DNA of 64,000 nucleotides from an uncultured archaeon (GTDB taxonomy: Archaea > Asgardarchaeota > Thorarchaeia > Thorarchaeales > Thorarchaeaceae), in the NCBI GenBank assembly GCA_964558645.1, contig CAZLEV010000009.1:1-64000 (forward strand), given 5' to 3'. Made by a program: the position numbers and the translations under genes. Of the stretch, positions 50,315 to 60,083 are shown piece by piece. Each line of letters opens with the position of its first letter. The first letter of the stretch is position 1. The notes beneath the pieces are model-generated. The model did no database searches. It was not told the DNA's origin and saw only the letters and a list, made by a program, of their open reading frames with translations.

Positions 50315-52324
50315 CTATACATTTTGTCGACTACGGACGACAAGTACGGTGACTACACCAATCACACCTAGAGAAGATAAGGTGACTATCAGTCCCAAAT
50401 CAACCTGGATAGGCAAGAGTCCCCCTTCGGGTGAACGATTCGTGAATTCATACGCAGCAACGATTATCTTCTCCGAGAAACTTGTAGATCCCACAACGTA
50501 AGCCAGACCGTTGCTACCGACTGTGAGAAAGGCAGGTTGATTCCAGCAATCATCGTGGATTTCATCTAGGATTTCAGCCCATACATGATTGAGGTAGGCG
50601 TCAAATCTCATGAGTGAGTGATATCCCCATAGTCTATCCGCTATGCCTAGAAAGGCGATTGAACCATCATGTGCTTCTGCAATTGTCATCTCACCCCAAG
50701 ACGAAACAAAGACATCTTGATAGACCAAAAACGGTACGAAGGTAGAGGATTCACTAGCCCCGTCAAACCCTATCTCATGAACCTGAATCCTTGCAGAGTC
50801 CGAAGACTTTGTGACCGCGTAGATTCCGCCAGCCCTTCGAGCAGAGATTGTTCTGAATGTGTCCTCGACAGTCCAGATTGTGTTACCTGACATGTCCAGC
50901 TTCACTACCATCGGGGTGGTTTGGTTTCCAAACAGGCACAACACATAGACACCATCCTCCTGAATGACCTCAAGGTCGACTGGAAAGATGTCTGGACCAG
51001 GGAGTACTTGCCGGTTCCATACAAGCTGCCCGTCAGCTGTCCACTTCTGAATAGTTGCTGTAGTATAGGGAGTTCCTGAACCATTGTAGGCCACAAACTC
51101 AGCTATGCTGTATATCTCATCATCACCGCCAGAATCTATGTCCACCGCACGCCAGTCTCCCGACGAGGAATGCTCCTGATTCGTGCCCCACTCAAGAACC
51201 CCTGCGGCGTTCCATTTCATGACGAGTAGACTCTTTCCTGATCCAGAACCGAAGCGAGTGCCAATCAAGTAGAGATTGCCTATGGAGTCGCACGCTATTC
51301 CAGCAGCTATTGAACTGCCATAGGTTGACTCGTCTGTTCTCCAGTTCTGAATACAGTCCGAGCGGAACCTCATCACAGATATTGTTCTATTGCTCGTGTC
51401 CGAATCTAGGAAGTCACTGGCAATATAGAACTCCCCATTAGGGCTTGCAGCTATATCGCGGATATGGTAGTGGTCTTCTTGAACAGCGATAGACTCATTG
51501 TACACTGGCATCTCGCGGATTAAGTCAGTACCAAAGTCACCCCAGACAACTAGCTCCAAGTAGTCCACACGAAGTGACACGGTTCCTTCATAATACTCCC
51601 AAGGGTGGCTATCACCAAACGATTGAAACTCTGATGTTGGGGCCAGCCCGACAGCAATCTGGAAAGTATCGGCGGGATCGTCCTGATTCCCGTCTTCATC
51701 TTCTACCATCCCATCCCAAACTGCCGAGATATCGAAGTAGTTGAGATTGATTTCCCTATCACGGAAAGACTCGCTGTACGGAGGGGACGATTCGTATATC
51801 ATTCTCCAGTTGTTGGATGAGTCAATTAGCCAGACATACACTCTGAACATCAGACCAGCCCATTCATCAACTGCGAAGGTGCCAGTTGTTGTTATGGAGA
51901 ATATGGTCGTGATATCAGCATTTTTTGGCATTTCTTCATAGGGCCACTCCAGAGTATAAGAAAAATACAGGAAATCCCTGCAATCTGGCTTCTCAGGGTC
52001 AGTTGGGCCACTGAAATCGAGCTCTGTACCTGCCTCGTGTGTCCAGTTACACACTACAACACCATCATCATCAGAGTACGTGATGTGTCCATGCGTGAAC
52101 TCATCTGAATCCCCTTCGACGAAGAAGTCTGGAGCCAGACCGAGAGATGGCGTTTCCATCCAAGGGTGCGGTAGCATATCAGCGGTTTTGAAGTAGTTAG
52201 ACGCAGTGGTTGACCGTATTGGAGAGAAAACGAAGCTAGAAGTCAACACAAAAGAGAGAGTAACTAGTGATAATAAGAGCACTTGACTGACCGATTTCAC
52301 GGAAATGGCCTCCCAACAGACCAT
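50315..52324 (-). CDS. Cell-surface protein with beta-propeller-like repeats and C-terminal TM
   Basis: Signal peptide, repeats such as LVMKWNAAGVLEW, IQKWTADGQLVW, VVKLDMSGNTIW, and a TM anchor. Confidence 0.82.
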   Translation of the reverse strand: MVCWEAISVKSVSQVLLLSLVTLSFVLTSSFVFSPIRSTTASNYFKTADMLPHPWMETPSLGLAPDFFVEGDSDEFTHGHITYSDDDGVVVCNWTHEAGTELDFSGPTDPEKPDCRDFLYFSYTLEWPYEEMPKNADITTIFSITTTGTFAVDEWAGLMFRVYVWLIDSSNNWRMIYESSPPYSESFRDREINLNYFDISAVWDGMVEDEDGNQDDPADTFQIAVGLAPTSEFQSFGDSHPWEYYEGTVSLRVDYLELVVWGDFGTDLIREMPVYNESIAVQEDHYHIRDIAASPNGEFYIASDFLDSDTSNRTISVMRFRSDCIQNWRTDESTYGSSIAAGIACDSIGNLYLIGTRFGSGSGKSLLVMKWNAAGVLEWGTNQEHSSSGDWRAVDIDSGGDDEIYSIAEFVAYNGSGTPYTTATIQKWTADGQLVWNRQVLPGPDIFPVDLEVIQEDGVYVLCLFGNQTTPMVVKLDMSGNTIWTVEDTFRTISARRAGGIYAVTKSSDSARIQVHEIGFDGASESSTFVPFLVYQDVFVSSWGEMTIAEAHDGSIAFLGIADRLWGYHSLMRFDAYLNHVWAEILDEIHDDCWNQPAFLTVGSNGLAYVVGSTSFSEKIIVAAYEFTNRSPEGGLLPIQVDLGLIVTLSSLGVIGVVTVLVVRSRQNV

Positions 52325-52487
52325 ACTACATGATGTTTCTGAAAAGTGTTGCTGTTACAAAAGCGAATACCTCGTCCACGATGTAATCGAACACATTGCA
52401 TGGAGATTCCCTCTTCCAGCATCTGTGTGTCTGAAAATCAGCAGCAAGGAAACCAGATCAATAGGTCACCAATAGAATGTGACACGT

Positions 52488-53234
52488 TCAGCTGATCAGC
52501 GACTCGAAAGCGTGCGCAATCTCGCTAGCAGCTTGCATTGCCTGAATTATGCCATCTCCCAAATAGGGTGCTACTGCAATGGTGTAGGTTCCAACGCCCA
52601 TCACTTGGACATCATAGCCAAAGACCTGAAGGGTGGTGGGAACCATATCAGGTTCTAAGTGAAATGTCTCACCAAGAATCTCCTCTCGGATATGCGAGAG
52701 ATGATCTTCTGGTACGTTCCCACTTACCATCTCACCGACGATGTTCAGAACACCTGCATAGGCGACCGGGTAAGACTCTAGGACTCGGTCTAAGGTTTCT
52801 TGGAGTCGGGACTCAACATGTCGATTCGTCTTCAAGAGGTCTATGGAGGTATAGCTCTCAATCAGAGAGTCGAACCCCTCCACGTCACCGAAGTCTCCCG
52901 ACCAAGAAGCAATTGTTGACCCGTAATGTCTGACAATCGCGTGGCCAATGGACAAAACCAACTTCTTCAATGTGGTCTGGGCAGCAGTGTATCTTGACTG
53001 AAGCACAACGGAAAAACGGCCGAAGAAGGCGTAGAGCCAGAGTGTTCCGTTCTGCCTCAGGACATAGGAACTCTCGGTTCTCGCACTCGTGGAGGACTGC
53101 AGGAGTAGGGCGCACGCACGGGCATGTGGGGGTATTGACTCGGGTCCGATGGCCTGCCCTTCTGTGAAGGATCGCCCATAGACTGCGTCACCGTTGTCTT
53201 TCAGAACATAGACACAATCTATCACTTGGTCCAC
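52488..53234 (-). CDS. Longin-like + roadblock/profilin-like two-domain protein
   Basis: N-terminal IDCVYVLKDNGDAVYGRSF (longin start pattern). Second domain VAYAGVLNIVGEMVSG...TIAVA...ASEIA. Confidence 0.6.
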   Translation of the reverse strand: MDQVIDCVYVLKDNGDAVYGRSFTEGQAIGPESIPPHARACALLLQSSTSARTESSYVLRQNGTLWLYAFFGRFSVVLQSRYTAAQTTLKKLVLSIGHAIVRHYGSTIASWSGDFGDVEGFDSLIESYTSIDLLKTNRHVESRLQETLDRVLESYPVAYAGVLNIVGEMVSGNVPEDHLSHIREEILGETFHLEPDMVPTTLQVFGYDVQVMGVGTYTIAVAPYLGDGIIQAMQAASEIAHAFESLIS

Positions 53235-53333
53235 CCTCTCGAACGGATGAGAGTTCTAATCATAAGAGTTGTCTGTAGATACTCATCCATTGGGTTTTTA
53301 TCTGGAAGACTGTCTAGCATGCAATGACTACCG

Positions 53334-53648
53334 ATGCCTCCAAGAAAGAAGAAGGAAAGCCCATTCCAGAAACGAACCAGGTATGATATCTATGCCGAGG
53401 TCATCAGAGTCATCACCATCTATGGGTACGCCCCCTTGACCAGAACAGCAAGATCAACCAACATGCCTGTTGACAGGGCAAAGGAAACCATTGAATATAT
53501 GGTGGAGAGAGGCCTGCTCGAGGAGGAGGAAGAGGACGGCCACACCCTGTACTATGTGACTGTGAGAGGGCATCAATACCTCGAGCTCTACAAACGAATT
53601 GCAGGCCTTGTGGGTATTCCCATGCCTGAGCCGATAATTGGCATGTAG
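53334..53648 (+). CDS. Archaeal winged-HTH transcriptional regulator
   Basis: RTRYDIYAEVI...LTRTARSTNM...VERGLL...YYVTVRGHQYL. Confidence 0.88.
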   Translation: MPPRKKKESPFQKRTRYDIYAEVIRVITIYGYAPLTRTARSTNMPVDRAKETIEYMVERGLLEEEEEDGHTLYYVTVRGHQYLELYKRIAGLVGIPMPEPIIGM

Positions 53649-53761
53649 AGGCCATTTCGCGATAGTCACATCTTGTGACCTTCTATTGTGAATCCGCTTT
53701 ATATGCACAGACTTGAATCTTGATAGTGAAGAACACTAAACCGACACGGAGGTCGGTAACC

Positions 53762-55006
53762 ATGGCTGAGAAACAGAAATTCGAAAAGCAAGAACGCGTC
53801 GAACTCGGAACATTCGAGGGAGACGTAGAAATCAAAGACTGCCAATACTTGGTCCCTCAACAGGGAAACACCATTGTGATTGGGGGTACATTGAGAATAG
53901 ATGGGGACACAACCATTGAGGGCTCTGTCAAGGCGTATGCTCTCGAGGCAAAGACCAGGGACCGAATCATCATTGAAGGTGATCTTGAGATAGAAACCAC
54001 GGCAAAGGTCGACAAGGGAAGCCTGGAGGTTCATGGCTCTGTAAAAGCGAAACAGATTGAGGCAGACGGGTCGCTCTCTATCGATGGAAACCTGAATTGT
54101 GGTGCCGCAAAGGGTGGCGGTTCGCTAAGGGTCGGAGGTAATGCAGTCGCACAGAGGCTCATGGGCGGCGGGTCTGTCAAAGTTGAAGGCGATGCGAAGG
54201 CAGAACGGATTAACGCAGGGGGCTCCGTCAAGATTGGAGGAATGATTGATACTGATGAACTCCGCGTCGGAGGATCAGGTAAGTGTACCACAGGACGAAT
54301 CGGAAAGGTCGAGATTGGTGGCAGCTTCAAGGCAACAGGTGCGATAGAGGTTGATGAGATAGATGTCGGCGGCTCAGCAGTGGTTGGGCCCGGCTCGAAA
54401 GTTGCAGACGTTGACGTTGGCGGGGCATTCAAGTCTACTGGCGGAATCGCCTTTGGAACTATAGATGTCGGTGGGGCTGTAAAGCTTGGTGGCGACTCCA
54501 AGGGCGCGTTCGTTGATGTCGGTGGTGCCTTGAAAGTAGAGGGATCATTGGAATCTGTCGACGGCTTTGATGTCGGGGGAAAGGCTGTCATTCAGGGTAA
54601 ACTGATGTCCAGCGATACAATAAAGGTAGGTGGGACTCTCATCGTAGATGACGAGATCGAGACCTATCGTATTGCGGTTGGAGGACGAGTGGAGGCTAAA
54701 CGGATTAATGCCTCTGATGGCTTCAGAATCGGTAAGCGAGGAGAGGTCAAAGGTCCGGTTCGGTCACGAGAGATACTGGTCAGAGAGCGTGCACGAACTG
54801 ATGACCTATACGGTGAGGACATACGGATTGAAGAGAGGGCCAGGGTTGGCTCGGTCTATGGAAAGGATGTCTATATTGAACGTGATGCAATCGTCGAGGG
54901 CGAGCTGCTCTACACTAACTCGCTTGATGTTGAAGAGGGGGCGAAGCTTCGGAAAGAGAGCAAGAAGGTCGACCAGCTGCCAGACGCAGATGATGTACTG
55001 GAGTAA
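53762..55006 (+). CDS. Bactofilin-like / polymer-forming beta-helix protein
   Basis: Many ~17-18 aa [IV]DVGGxxKxxG repeats. Ends with AIVEGELLYT. Confidence 0.8.
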   Translation: MAEKQKFEKQERVELGTFEGDVEIKDCQYLVPQQGNTIVIGGTLRIDGDTTIEGSVKAYALEAKTRDRIIIEGDLEIETTAKVDKGSLEVHGSVKAKQIEADGSLSIDGNLNCGAAKGGGSLRVGGNAVAQRLMGGGSVKVEGDAKAERINAGGSVKIGGMIDTDELRVGGSGKCTTGRIGKVEIGGSFKATGAIEVDEIDVGGSAVVGPGSKVADVDVGGAFKSTGGIAFGTIDVGGAVKLGGDSKGAFVDVGGALKVEGSLESVDGFDVGGKAVIQGKLMSSDTIKVGGTLIVDDEIETYRIAVGGRVEAKRINASDGFRIGKRGEVKGPVRSREILVRERARTDDLYGEDIRIEERARVGSVYGKDVYIERDAIVEGELLYTNSLDVEEGAKLRKESKKVDQLPDADDVLE

Positions 55007-55039
55007 GATGACTGCACTGCCATGGTTTCCTGAAACATG

Positions 55040-55090
55040 AAGGGGTAGGGTCCGCCCAATCCCTTCTCCCTCATCCGTGTACCTTTTTTC
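55040..55090 (+). terminator. Possible hairpin + T-tract terminator after the beta-helix gene
   Basis: GAAGGG...CCCTTC imperfect stem followed by CTTTTTTCTTTT. Confidence 0.4.
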
Positions 55091-55213
55091 TTTTAATATG
55101 CAACAGATGATGTGTCTTGATGACCATAACTACAATGGCACTGACAATACCTACCCCTTCTTTTGGCGTGTTTTGTCATCCTTTGGTGTTCGCACGGGAG
55201 AAGACGGCCAATC

Positions 55214-55984
55214 TCAAGTCTTCTCAAGAATCATGATTCGGCGAGAGGATTTAGAGTGATAACGTGCCTTATCAAACCCCCCAAATTCGTCCACGAGGCG
55301 AAATCTCGCTGACTTCACAAGCAGATCAGCTTCACGGTTGTAGATGAGCGCCGCTCCGGACATAATCCGTATCTCTTTGTTCCATGCATCTTCGTCGCTC
55401 CCCGGATCACGCACTTTATACGTGAGCTCAACGCGCATGAGTTGGCGAACTAGATCGCACTCGATAACTCCTTGTCTTTTGACTATCCTTCCGTCAGGAA
55501 GTTCTACGGGGTTTTCTTCAAATCTTGAATGCTCATCCATTGTGCCCGCTGGATACAAATCTAGTATGAATACTCCATCTGGAGAGAGATGACGATGGAT
55601 GCATCCCAAGGTTGCGAGCTGGTCTTCTGTGGTCATAGCATGCCCGAAAGACGCGGGGATAATGATTAGCTTGAAGACCTTATCGAGGTCAAAATCACAC
55701 ATATCAGCTTCAACCAACGATATCCGCCCTTGAACTTCTGAATCCAACTCGTCCATCTCTGCCATGAAGTGATTGATCATGGACGGCGAGTTCTCAACAG
55801 CAGTTACTTCGAAGCCATGACCTGCAAGATATCGAGATACGCGTCCTGTTCCAGCTCCTATGTCGAGAACGGGATCACCTTGTTTTCGGGCATAATCGAG
55901 ATAGAAGGGCAAATCTTCTTGTGTTGAGAAGTAGTCATAGAACTCGGCAACTCCCTCGTAGGAGGGGCCCAAATCTTCTTCCAA
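55214..55984 (-). CDS. Class I SAM-dependent methyltransferase
   Basis: VLDIGAGTGRV, VENSPSM, ADMCDF, HLSPDGVFILD. Confidence 0.92.
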   Translation of the reverse strand: MEEDLGPSYEGVAEFYDYFSTQEDLPFYLDYARKQGDPVLDIGAGTGRVSRYLAGHGFEVTAVENSPSMINHFMAEMDELDSEVQGRISLVEADMCDFDLDKVFKLIIIPASFGHAMTTEDQLATLGCIHRHLSPDGVFILDLYPAGTMDEHSRFEENPVELPDGRIVKRQGVIECDLVRQLMRVELTYKVRDPGSDEDAWNKEIRIMSGAALIYNREADLLVKSARFRLVDEFGGFDKARYHSKSSRRIMILEKT

Positions 55985-56098
55985 TCGATCTTAGCTCCTG
56001 TTTCGCACATACTTGGATGTGTGGTATTCCAATAAAAGAAAGAAGGTGTGCGTCAAGTAGGCCTCGATACTTCAGAGAGCCCACAGACGCAATAAGAA

Positions 56099-56293
56099 TC
56101 ACCTGAAGTGGCGCCTCTTCGAGGTCGCCTGACGGCGTTTACTCAGCGAGATACCGGCCCCTTTGCGTTCATCCGGAACAGAAAGCACAAAGGGCCTGTC
56201 GGCCGTCATGCGTTGGACCATCACGCCCATTCTGTCCTCTTCAGGCCATTGGTCAAGAGGCATGTTCTCAAACATCACCTTTCTCTCACTCAT
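56099..56293 (-). CDS. Small protein (64 aa, basic C-terminus)
   Basis: GGAAGTGAT SD-like motif before the ATG. Downstream hairpin + T-rich tract. Confidence 0.5.
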   Translation of the reverse strand: MSERKVMFENMPLDQWPEEDRMGVMVQRMTADRPFVLSVPDERKGAGISLSKRRQATSKRRHFR

Positions 56294-56488
56294 GGTCTTA
56301 TCACTTCCATTAGAGATAGCTCACTGTTCGGCCCCTGCAATCAAAAGGCAGTTGCCCAGCGGGTCGACTCGTCCATAATCGAGTCTGCAAGGTAGACATT
56401 CTTGGGGTGTTTCAATTCCCGTATCACTATATTTCGGAAGAAGAAATATCAATTTTACGACTCTCAGCAAAAAGTGCGAGATCCCAGT

Positions 56489-58237
56489 CTACTGAATCGA
56501 AACATCTGAGCAGTATAGCTTGGTACGTCGTTCGTATGGCGAACGATACCTAGACGGAACCGGGTAGTTGCTGAACGAGTGGGAATACCATCTCTCAAAC
56601 AGACGCTCAAGCTCCCGCTCCATTCGATTGACCAAGGATTCACTCATAGCGGGATCCACCGTGAAGACATGACCATGTGATGTGGCCAAAGAGTTGTTCT
56701 TGAGAAGAGGCTTTCCGTCCAAGAAAGTCATGTGAGCTCTTCTGAAGCCACGTACAATCTGCTCCGGATCTGATGTAAGGTCCGTTTTCATCGGGAGGAT
56801 GTCGTAGACTGAAATGTCAGCATCGGCACCGATTCCGAGGTGCCCCTTGTGCTCCTGAATGCCTAGAATCTTCGCAGGAGCAGCCCTTGTTGATATTGCC
56901 AAGTCATAGAGACTCCACTCTCTGCCAATCGATTCAAGAGCTGACCGTTTCCGAACTTCAGGATGCACTTGCTCCAACCACTCCATCCGGTGCTTATGGC
57001 TCATCAGCCAAGCAAACACCAATGGGTAGCGCGTGAAAGGTCCAGCATTCGGACTGTCTGTGGTGACAACACAACGCCATATGTCGTCGACTGAGAGGGC
57101 GTATTCAAGACCGATGGCCCACTGTACCGAGTTCACCATGGACTTCGGATTGTAGTAATAGGGAACAACACCTCCCCCGCCAGGCATCTCGGCATCGGCT
57201 GCAAGATTGGCCCACTTGTTGCCAGTCAGCTTGTACAGTGACTGCTGGAAGGGGCCGTCCCCCGTCATTGTCATTGCCTCTCCAAACGTGATTTGCCCAA
57301 TGTCCGCTGTGAGGTGCTTGTTCTTGTTCGCGTAGTGAGCTAGCTGCAGTCCCCCCGACGCGATCTCATCCCATGAGTTGAATCTGTCCGTAGAACTTGA
57401 CATAGCTTCGAACGAAACGTGGGTCAGATGAACAATCTGGTCACGTTCACTGTGACCTGCGACCTTCTTCAAGGCGTCCAGTGTGTTCAGAGTAGTCTCG
57501 AGATTGCCAACTGTACCCAGATTGTTAGGATGGAGGTGTGTAACGTGGGGAAGTCCCAATGCCTCTACCGTTTCAGCAACCCCGACGATGATATCACGCG
57601 GCGTGATACTCCAATCAGGAATCTCATCGTCGAGCTCATGCACATTAGAGCCGTGTGCCCACGCATAGACCCCTCCGGGGTTTACCAGTTTCACACCCCA
57701 TCCACCAGTATTCTCTAGAATCCATGATATGTAGCCAGCAAGGCCATCCAAGTCATTTTCCTGCAGGAAGTGGAAAGTCACGGTGCTATTGCAGAAGAGG
57801 GGAAGCATTGCCATGTTCAGGTTGGGAACGTCCGCAATCTCTTCCCAGCAGCTCAGTGCTTTCAGAGGGAGAACTGCTGGTTCCACGACTGTTGTGTAAC
57901 CCATCTCGCAGTATCTGTAACCGACAATGTAGGAACTAGGCAGGACGTGACCCGAACCTGAACGAGGGACATCGACCTTCGAAACTGGCTCTTGGCGATG
58001 GAAATCAGGCGCCAAGAGTCGCGCCATAGACAGCTTGCTTCCGAGGATGTGGGAGTGCATGTCAACCCCACCAGGCATCACCAATCGTTCACCGATATCA
58101 ATAATCTCTGCCTTATTGCTAACAGAATCGACTATGCTGCCGTTTGAAATCGAGAGATCCATAATCTCGCCATCAATACCATTGGCTGGATCAACAACGT
58201 AGCATCGCCTCAGGAGGAATTCGTTCCCGGCCGTCAC
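56489..58237 (-). CDS. fwdA: Formylmethanofuran dehydrogenase subunit A
   Basis: GGVDMHSH, GYTTVVEP, GVKLVNPGG, HPNNLG, TTDSPNAGPF. Confidence 0.95.
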   Translation of the reverse strand: MTAGNEFLLRRCYVVDPANGIDGEIMDLSISNGSIVDSVSNKAEIIDIGERLVMPGGVDMHSHILGSKLSMARLLAPDFHRQEPVSKVDVPRSGSGHVLPSSYIVGYRYCEMGYTTVVEPAVLPLKALSCWEEIADVPNLNMAMLPLFCNSTVTFHFLQENDLDGLAGYISWILENTGGWGVKLVNPGGVYAWAHGSNVHELDDEIPDWSITPRDIIVGVAETVEALGLPHVTHLHPNNLGTVGNLETTLNTLDALKKVAGHSERDQIVHLTHVSFEAMSSSTDRFNSWDEIASGGLQLAHYANKNKHLTADIGQITFGEAMTMTGDGPFQQSLYKLTGNKWANLAADAEMPGGGGVVPYYYNPKSMVNSVQWAIGLEYALSVDDIWRCVVTTDSPNAGPFTRYPLVFAWLMSHKHRMEWLEQVHPEVRKRSALESIGREWSLYDLAISTRAAPAKILGIQEHKGHLGIGADADISVYDILPMKTDLTSDPEQIVRGFRRAHMTFLDGKPLLKNNSLATSHGHVFTVDPAMSESLVNRMERELERLFERWYSHSFSNYPVPSRYRSPYERRTKLYCSDVSIQ

Positions 58238-59529
58238 AACCTTGCCTCCAGACCTTCACGCAACATGCGCAACACCTCCCGATCGGGAAGAACTCCGTCT
58301 GGTGGGTCAACCACCTTCTTTAGATAGAGGGGAAGTCCATCCATTCGAACGGCGACCCCATCGGATTCAATGCCTGACTGCGTCGTGGGAATATTCACCT
58401 TGGCAACAGTTGAAGTGAGATTCTTTTTGGGATCAAGATTGATGACAGGAATTGTACCCAGGGTTCGCACTGCGTCAACTGGAAAATGCGCGCAAGGATC
58501 TGCAGCTATGTTCAGTAGAGCGTCAACCTCCTTTCTTCTGAGCAAGTCAACTGCAGAGTATTCTCCAGGCTGATAGCGAGGATAGCCTCGAGAAAAGTCC
58601 ACCGCGAAGGGATAGCCTGTAGTCCAGGTGCAGGTCTCGTTAGCACCTGCCACGTTGAAATGTCCGCGCATCGGAATCATGTTCCATTTTCCAAACTCAT
58701 TGAGGTCTTGTAGCAACCGTATCGCTGCGTCAACGTTACGATGCCGTCCACTGGACTGTGTGAGCCCGAGGCCGTAGAAGAATACACCGTAGTGCGCCGC
58801 CTTCAAACGCTCAGCCATGTCCCACAACTCCGAGAAACTAACACCTCCCACAGTTGAGACGTCTAGCTGCCTACCGTTCACAAAAGCACGGAGAACACTG
58901 AGAATCTCTAAATCGCTTCCGACTTCGATATTGATGAAGCGATTGGCAACTCGCGAGGTGGCGGTCTCACGTACATCCACCACCCATACTTCTCGTTCTT
59001 CGCGTGGTTCTCGAACATAGACTCCGGGCGTTGTAACGAATCGTGCAATATGTCGTGGATGGGCATGGACAGGATTGCAACCCCAATAGATGACGAGGTC
59101 AGCTCGGTTACGAGCCTCGGTCAATGCCCCGTGTGGTTCGCCAGACTCCTGTACACCAATGATTGAGGGGCCATGACAGACCGATGAAGTATTGTCAACG
59201 ATGCCACCAAGAATCTCAGCGATGTGATAGGCCTCACGGTGGGCGTCATTCTCAGTTGAGCTAAGACCATATAGAAGGGGGCGTCGGGCCTCTGACAGAA
59301 TGCCGATAGCTTCATCCAGGGCGTTTTCAAGAGTGCATTCCCTCAGGTGGTCTTCCATCCTAATTGTGGGTCGGAGCATACGGTCTTGCATGTGATTCAG
59401 GAACTTCGACTTGCTTATAGTGCAGCCATTTCTGTTCTCAACAACTACTCCGTTTTCGACGCGGACTACTAGATCATCACACAGACATCCACAGAAGGGG
59501 CAGACAACATGCTCGACTTCTCGATTCAT
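58234..59529 (-). CDS. fwdB: Formylmethanofuran dehydrogenase subunit B
   Basis: CPFCGCLCDD, SSVCHGPS (Cys, not Sec), PMRGHFNV. Confidence 0.95.
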   Translation of the reverse strand: MNREVEHVVCPFCGCLCDDLVVRVENGVVVENRNGCTISKSKFLNHMQDRMLRPTIRMEDHLRECTLENALDEAIGILSEARRPLLYGLSSTENDAHREAYHIAEILGGIVDNTSSVCHGPSIIGVQESGEPHGALTEARNRADLVIYWGCNPVHAHPRHIARFVTTPGVYVREPREEREVWVVDVRETATSRVANRFINIEVGSDLEILSVLRAFVNGRQLDVSTVGGVSFSELWDMAERLKAAHYGVFFYGLGLTQSSGRHRNVDAAIRLLQDLNEFGKWNMIPMRGHFNVAGANETCTWTTGYPFAVDFSRGYPRYQPGEYSAVDLLRRKEVDALLNIAADPCAHFPVDAVRTLGTIPVINLDPKKNLTSTVAKVNIPTTQSGIESDGVAVRMDGLPLYLKKVVDPPDGVLPDREVLRMLREGLEARL

Positions 59530-59930
59530 CCTCTTGCCCCCATGATGGACTGAAGTAACTCCTCGGGATCTAGAATCGGCTCCTGTTTGGCTGCGAATAC
59601 CTTGGCAGAAGTGCCTTTGAAGTCAGGCATTCCTGTTTCCAAGGTGTCAGAACCTATGACCATGTTGGCATAGGGACCACATGGGAGGAATGCCATCAAG
59701 GGATCCATCTTTGAGTTCTCTTTGGCCCTCACCACAACCGATCCATGATAAGTTTCGATACTTACATGGTCACCTTCATGTATTCCTAATACTCTCAGGG
59801 CTAGAGGACTGATTTCACAATAAGACACTGCCTGAGCGTATTCATCAGTGAGTTTCCCCTTCTCCATTGCCCGACCCTGGCGTAGAGTACGACCCGTGAC
59901 TAGCATTACTTCTACGCCCACTCGCGTCAT
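59526..59930 (-). CDS. fwdD: Formylmethanofuran dehydrogenase subunit D
   Basis: LVTGRTLRQG, GPYAN, TGMPDFKG. Confidence 0.93.
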   Translation of the reverse strand: MTRVGVEVMLVTGRTLRQGRAMEKGKLTDEYAQAVSYCEISPLALRVLGIHEGDHVSIETYHGSVVVRAKENSKMDPLMAFLPCGPYANMVIGSDTLETGMPDFKGTSAKVFAAKQEPILDPEELLQSIMGARG

Positions 59931-60083
59931 CTCAATCAGCTCGACTGCTGTCCACAGGAGAGCAGCTTCGGAGATAAGATGCTTTCGACTTGCAGAGTCT
60001 TGCAGTCCCTTCGAAGCTTTTATCAGATAGCTTTCGTGGTGGCGCCAAGAATATCTCTGTCATCACAGGTAGATGAAGGACAA

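Noticed and set aside
56345-56390. Purine- or ZTP-riboswitch-like fragments (TATGG loop; CGCTGGGCA)
   Set aside because: The remaining conserved elements of either aptamer are missing
56409-56440. GTTTCAATTCCC...GGAAG resembles a CRISPR repeat (ATTGAAAC end on the minus strand)
   Set aside because: Single copy, no spacers and no cas genes; it overlaps a probable promoter
58234-59529. Selenocysteine in FwdB
   Set aside because: The ligand position is an ordinary Cys codon and the ORF is uninterrupted
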